Shown here: piece after piece, positions 16,405 through 20,174 of the stretch
How the letters are laid out: each line of letters opens with the position of its first letter
How positions within the stretch are numbered: the first letter of the stretch is position 1
Source: Candidatus Thorarchaeota archaeon
GTDB taxonomy: Archaea > Asgardarchaeota > Thorarchaeia > Thorarchaeales > Thorarchaeaceae
Assembly: GCA_003345555.1 (NCBI GenBank)
Contig: PRDJ01000021.1
Coordinates: 1-20,174, forward strand
DNA: 20,174 nucleotides
Direction: 5' to 3'
The notes under the pieces: generated by a model
What the model was told of the DNA's origin: nothing
Database searches by the model: none
The model's input: only the letters and a program-made list of their open reading frames with translations
Program-made: the position numbers and the translations under genes

Positions 16405-18591
16405 GTGAGCGTCACGAAACTCTCGGAAATCCCGGGCATAGGCGAGAAAATCAAGAAGGCGTTGGTTGACCACTTCGGAACTGAAGCGGTTGCTCTCAAG
16501 GTCATTCTAGATTCGCGAGTCGATTTGGTTGCGGCAGTGCCGGGGATTGGCGACAAGCAGGCTGTCAATATCGTAAAGGCCGCGTTCGAGACTCAGTTTG
16601 GTGCAACTGCGAACATGATTCTTCGGAGCACTGATCTCAGGAAAATCTTCGACTCTATTTTAGACACGATGCGAGAATATGCAAACACAAGCTACGCAAA
16701 AGACAGGCTTCTCCTCTACTTTCCTCTTCCCCCGGAGAAGCTAGACGTAATCCTAGAGCGTCAGAGGTACTTCGCTGACGCATCAGACATGGCCCAAAAG
16801 CTGAGTTCTGAGCAGAAGGATACTCTCAAGACTCTCCTAGGGCAGGTTCGTGGTCTCTACAGGAAGATACAGAGCCAGAGAATAGAGGGGCGAGTCATAA
16901 TCACGGATAGTGACAAGGCATTCGACACCTTAGTCAAGGAAGGCGTCGACAAATGGTGTCCCGTCTACTTGCTATCTCAGGGCGAGAGCGGTACCGACTA
17001 TGCTCAGGGTTATGATCTTGTGATGTTCATTTCACCCAAGGGTGGATACGACGAATCGATGGATGGCCTTGAGAATGTGGAGATACTAGGGAAGAGCTGG
17101 AGCATTGATGATGTCTTGCCGGAGAAGACTGTGGGCTTCTATGCCAAGAACTACAAGGTAATTGATGCCTCTTGCAAGCTTGCCGCGGAATTCAGCGGTC
17201 TCCCCACGAATGACTCTGTCGATATCTTCGTTAAAGGGCTTGACTTCCAGCAACTTGCCCAAGTAGGCGAGATTCTAAAGAGTCTCGATGAAGACGGAGG
17301 TATTGCAGAAGGCATCGACCTCGAGCTTGACCGATATCGCAAGGCCGTCAAGTCCTTCCCGACTGCTATGGCTGAAACCGAAGCCTGGCTCAACGAGGAG
17401 ATTACGTCTAGAATCTCCAAAAGCGAAATCACACTAGGGGGTCAGCAGATAATAAGCATCCTGCAATCGACAGATGTGGAGGGCGCGGATGCCGGATCGC
17501 TAAGGAACATGCTGCCCGCAGAGATTATAGAAACGTTCACAAGGACCGTCCAAGAGGCTGAAGACAAGCTCGTTCAAACGCTTGGCCTCAGTGCAAAAGA
17601 GGCCGACTGGGCCACAGGCATTATCAGCGAAGATATATCATTGCCAGTTAAGATGGACTCAAACCGCTCAAACGAGCTAGAGGACAGACTGAGAAGAATC
17701 GTAGCCGAGCGCTCGTTCAAGCTAATGAAGAAATTCGCTGGACAGCTGGAGAAACTGAAAACCGTCGTGACAGACGCGGTGCAAACATTATTGGAGTTTG
17801 ACTTGTTTCTGGCAGTGGGGCTTTTCGCAGTTGATTACAATCTCCAACTCCCTGATGTTTCACTGGAGTATAATGGAGTGGGTGTTCAAGGTGCGCGCAA
17901 TATCTTCCTAGTCGAAAGCATGCTGAAGGGAAGGCATGGAGTCGTCCAGCCCATTGATTATGCTATCGGTGAGACTCCGTTTCGTCCTGAGGGAACAAAT
18001 GGCGAGAACTGTGCAATCCTTTCGGGGGCCAACAGTGGTGGAAAAACAACAACAATTCAAACATTGGCCCAAATCGCAGCAATGGCGCAGTCGGGTTTCC
18101 CTGTTCCTGCAAGAAAGGCGTATGTCAAGGTATTCGAGGAAATCTACTTCTTCTACAAGAGCAGAGGTGTTGTGAGTGCTGGCGCATTCGAAACAACCCT
18201 GAAGCAGTTCGCCGAAATTGTGGTCTCTGACAAATCCAAGCTTGCTCTGTTTGACGAAATAGAGGCGATAACAGAACCAGGTAGTGCTGCCAACGTAATT
18301 GCAGGATTAATAGAGCTGCTTCAGAGTGACCCGAATACCTGCACGGTCATTTGCAGCCATCTGGCTAGGGAGATAAAGGAAGTAACTAGTGTACCCGTAA
18401 GAATAGATGGAATCGAGGCGCGTGGTCTTGATGAGAACCTCGAACTAATAGTAGACAGGACTCCCCGTTTTGGCCAGCTTGCTAGGAGCACTCCTGAACT
18501 GATAGTTGAGCGACTTGCCAAGCTATCGAAGGGGCAGAAGAAGGAGATATACCTGAAGATTCTGGATAACCTAACCAAAGGGCACACCTGA
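16405..18591 (+). CDS. Archaeal MutS-family ATPase with N-terminal helix-hairpin-helix motifs (MutS5-like)
   Basis: IPGIG and VPGIG HhH motifs, Walker A SGANSGGKT, SAGAFE, Walker B LFDE, SHL, C-terminal STPELI; GTG start. Confidence 0.88.
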   Translation: MSVTKLSEIPGIGEKIKKALVDHFGTEAVALKVILDSRVDLVAAVPGIGDKQAVNIVKAAFETQFGATANMILRSTDLRKIFDSILDTMREYANTSYAKDRLLLYFPLPPEKLDVILERQRYFADASDMAQKLSSEQKDTLKTLLGQVRGLYRKIQSQRIEGRVIITDSDKAFDTLVKEGVDKWCPVYLLSQGESGTDYAQGYDLVMFISPKGGYDESMDGLENVEILGKSWSIDDVLPEKTVGFYAKNYKVIDASCKLAAEFSGLPTNDSVDIFVKGLDFQQLAQVGEILKSLDEDGGIAEGIDLELDRYRKAVKSFPTAMAETEAWLNEEITSRISKSEITLGGQQIISILQSTDVEGADAGSLRNMLPAEIIETFTRTVQEAEDKLVQTLGLSAKEADWATGIISEDISLPVKMDSNRSNELEDRLRRIVAERSFKLMKKFAGQLEKLKTVVTDAVQTLLEFDLFLAVGLFAVDYNLQLPDVSLEYNGVGVQGARNIFLVESMLKGRHGVVQPIDYAIGETPFRPEGTNGENCAILSGANSGGKTTTIQTLAQIAAMAQSGFPVPARKAYVKVFEEIYFFYKSRGVVSAGAFETTLKQFAEIVVSDKSKLALFDEIEAITEPGSAANVIAGLIELLQSDPNTCTVICSHLAREIKEVTSVPVRIDGIEARGLDENLELIVDRTPRFGQLARSTPELIVERLAKLSKGQKKEIYLKILDNLTKGHT

Positions 18592-18638
18592 TTTCACCAC
18601 CGCGGTGGCTGGTTTGACCTAGGAGAGAAAGGTGGGAA

Positions 18639-19211
18639 TTGCAGCGCATCTTGGTGTTCGGCGACGCTCACATCCCAACACGCAGAGATTCGATACCCCC
18701 GTCTTTCTATCAGCACATTCAAGCGACGAACTACGATTGTGCATTTATTACCGGTGACTTGGTCCGCGAGAGCGACATGAGAAAGGCTATGCCACCACTG
18801 CCCAAGTCCTATATCGTCCGCGGTAACATGGATCTCGAAGGACGCTACAACATCCATGAGGAGATTCAAATGGAGGATGTCCGTATCCTCTTGATTCACG
18901 GGACTCAGGTCAAGCCACGCGGCGATCTCGCACAGCTATGGGAAATCGCTAATCATGTTAATGCTGAAATCACTGTACATGGTCACACCCATGTTGAAGC
19001 GATGGACCTGTACAAGGGGTGTCTCTTCTTGAATCCTGGAACCATTTCGGGGTCTACAGGTGGTTGGGAGGGACGAACTGATGCCAGCTTCATTGAATTG
19101 GAAATCTCGCACTCTCGTATAGAAGTGACTCTACATCACACTGACTGGGTCAGTATGAGAACATCCAGGATGGCGTTTGTTAAATTGGGTCAAGCTATAT
19201 CTCAAGCATAG
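18639..19211 (+). CDS. YfcE/Vps29-family metallophosphoesterase
   Basis: GDAHIP, TGDL, VRGNMD, IHG, GHTH, NPG; TTG start after a purine-rich SD-like sequence. Confidence 0.92.
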   Translation: MQRILVFGDAHIPTRRDSIPPSFYQHIQATNYDCAFITGDLVRESDMRKAMPPLPKSYIVRGNMDLEGRYNIHEEIQMEDVRILLIHGTQVKPRGDLAQLWEIANHVNAEITVHGHTHVEAMDLYKGCLFLNPGTISGSTGGWEGRTDASFIELEISHSRIEVTLHHTDWVSMRTSRMAFVKLGQAISQA

Positions 19212-19237
19212 CCCGTGTCAGCAGAAGCCTGTTCTGA

Positions 19238-19879
19238 CTACTCGACTCCCCACGGGTCTGGACTCAGTAGGTGGTCGAATAACACACTAAGGATTTTCAC
19301 ACTTTCGTCCAGAGCAACGTTAACAACTCCGTCGTCGGCCAAATCCTTCTCAATATTCTCAAGGTTCTTGCTCCGTTTGGACGTTGCTTTCGTCTTGCGG
19401 CGTGACGGAGGGTCAGAGGACTTTTTCATCTGGTGTGGAGACACAGCCGTCTTCTGTATTTCTTCTAACGGAAATACGTCATGGCCGAACCTCAGTTGCT
19501 GAAAGAAATTGGCGAGTGTCTGTTTAACCGCGGCCTGATTGAAGTTCTTGGCAGGCATCCTTGAAACAAGTGTAATCGCAGCTTTCCTGAGATGGCTTCC
19601 AATGATAGCCTGTACTTTCTCGGCAAGAGCTCGTTCTGCACCGCAGGCTATTCCGACACTAATCCATAGCATTCGTATCCTGTCTAAGAAGATACCAACA
19701 TCATCCACGACTGTGGGTCGTCCTCTCATGGATGAACGCCAGTCATCGTATACTTCGTTTATCTTCTCAAGCTCGTTTTCATGTCCGACTAGTTCACTCA
19801 AGTCGTCGAGCGGTATGAGTGGACACCACACAAGCGTCGAATTGTGACTTGAATCGGACACCATGACGGTGACGGGCAT
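19238..19879 (-). CDS. Hypothetical protein (no family recognised)
   Basis: 213-codon ORF filling the space between the Vps29-like gene and the tRNA-Asn upstream region, with no competing long ORF. Confidence 0.75.
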   Translation of the reverse strand: MPVTVMVSDSSHNSTLVWCPLIPLDDLSELVGHENELEKINEVYDDWRSSMRGRPTVVDDVGIFLDRIRMLWISVGIACGAERALAEKVQAIIGSHLRKAAITLVSRMPAKNFNQAAVKQTLANFFQQLRFGHDVFPLEEIQKTAVSPHQMKKSSDPPSRRKTKATSKRSKNLENIEKDLADDGVVNVALDESVKILSVLFDHLLSPDPWGVE

Positions 19880-20070
19880 AACGGTACGATATCAGTCTTT
19901 GGCGTATGGTGGTTGTTACATCGCAGAGAACGAAGCTTAGTATCACAAGGTAGCTATTGGGCTTGTTCCCGATTATACAAATCAAGTCCTCCGTCAGGGG
20001 CCCTTCGTGGGACGGGCTTGTTTCATAACCTGACTCAGATAGAGGGCTTGTGCCCTGCTTGACAGTAACG

Positions 20071-20078
20071 TTAATATT
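20071..20078 (+). promoter_or_regulatory. TATA-like box (TTAATATT) for tRNA-Asn
   Basis: 28-35 nt upstream of tRNA position 1 (20106). Confidence 0.55.
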
Positions 20079-20105
20079 GCGACAACAAGGAGACTGCTGT
20101 CGAGT

Positions 20106-20174
20106 GCCGCCGTGGCTCAGTCGGTAGAGCGACAGCCTGTTAAGTTGTAGCGTACTGCTCTGGCACGCGCGACG
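20106..20174 (+). tRNA. tRNA-Asn(GTT), 5' part (positions 1-45) followed by a probable intron; truncated by the window end
   Basis: GCCGCCG acceptor 5' strand, D arm GCTC-AGTCGGTA-GAGC, anticodon arm ACAGC-CTGTTAA-GTTGT, anticodon GTT at 20139-20141. The sequence after G45 is not a T arm. Confidence 0.85.

Noticed and set aside
19990-20030. Minus-strand ATGA...GA pattern resembling a SECIS element
   Set aside because: The stem above the putative quartet does not pair (AACAA against CCCT), and there is no upstream minus-strand ORF with an in-frame TGA.
1-20174. CRISPR arrays, transposases, toxin-antitoxin or anti-phage systems, Sec/Pyl readthrough
   Set aside because: No regularly spaced repeats or mobile-element motifs were seen, and no gene appears cut short at a TGA or TAG.

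Overview
Gene-dense archaeal chromosomal window with Shine-Dalgarno sites, TATA-like boxes, archaeal-type ProRS/SHMT/RibK/Taw1/NMNAT and intron-bearing tRNAs. The Vps29-like, translin-like and eukaryote-like Trm5 features suggest an Asgard (possibly Thorarchaeia-like) host; this is inference and was not tested by search. Gene order: partial CDS (-), MazG-like (-), glyA (-), tRNA-Lys(CTT) with a 33-nt intron (+), GT4 glycosyltransferase (-), COG1665-like nucleotidyltransferase (+), trm5 (+), DUF371 (-), pcm (+), then a probable minus-strand run psmB > MJ1487-type B12 radical SAM > taw1 > translin/Trax > endonuclease V > HTH-ribK. It continues with Nog1 GTPase (+), rtcA (-), NMNAT (+), proS (+), HhH-MutS ATPase (+), Vps29-like phosphoesterase (+), an orphan (-) and the 5' part of tRNA-Asn(GTT). 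I saw no mobile element, CRISPR array or defence island. The best leads are: (i) a probable non-canonical 45/46 intron in tRNA-Asn; (ii) an endonuclease V with a catalytic Asp>Asn change whose gene overlaps that of an intact Trax-type RNase, next to taw1 and an uncharacterised B12 radical SAM; (iii) a Vps29 homologue with an intact enzyme site but no retromer interfaces; (iv) a Thr1-less proteasome beta subunit; (v) two structured intergenic segments that may be ncRNAs. All family assignments come from motif recognition by eye.
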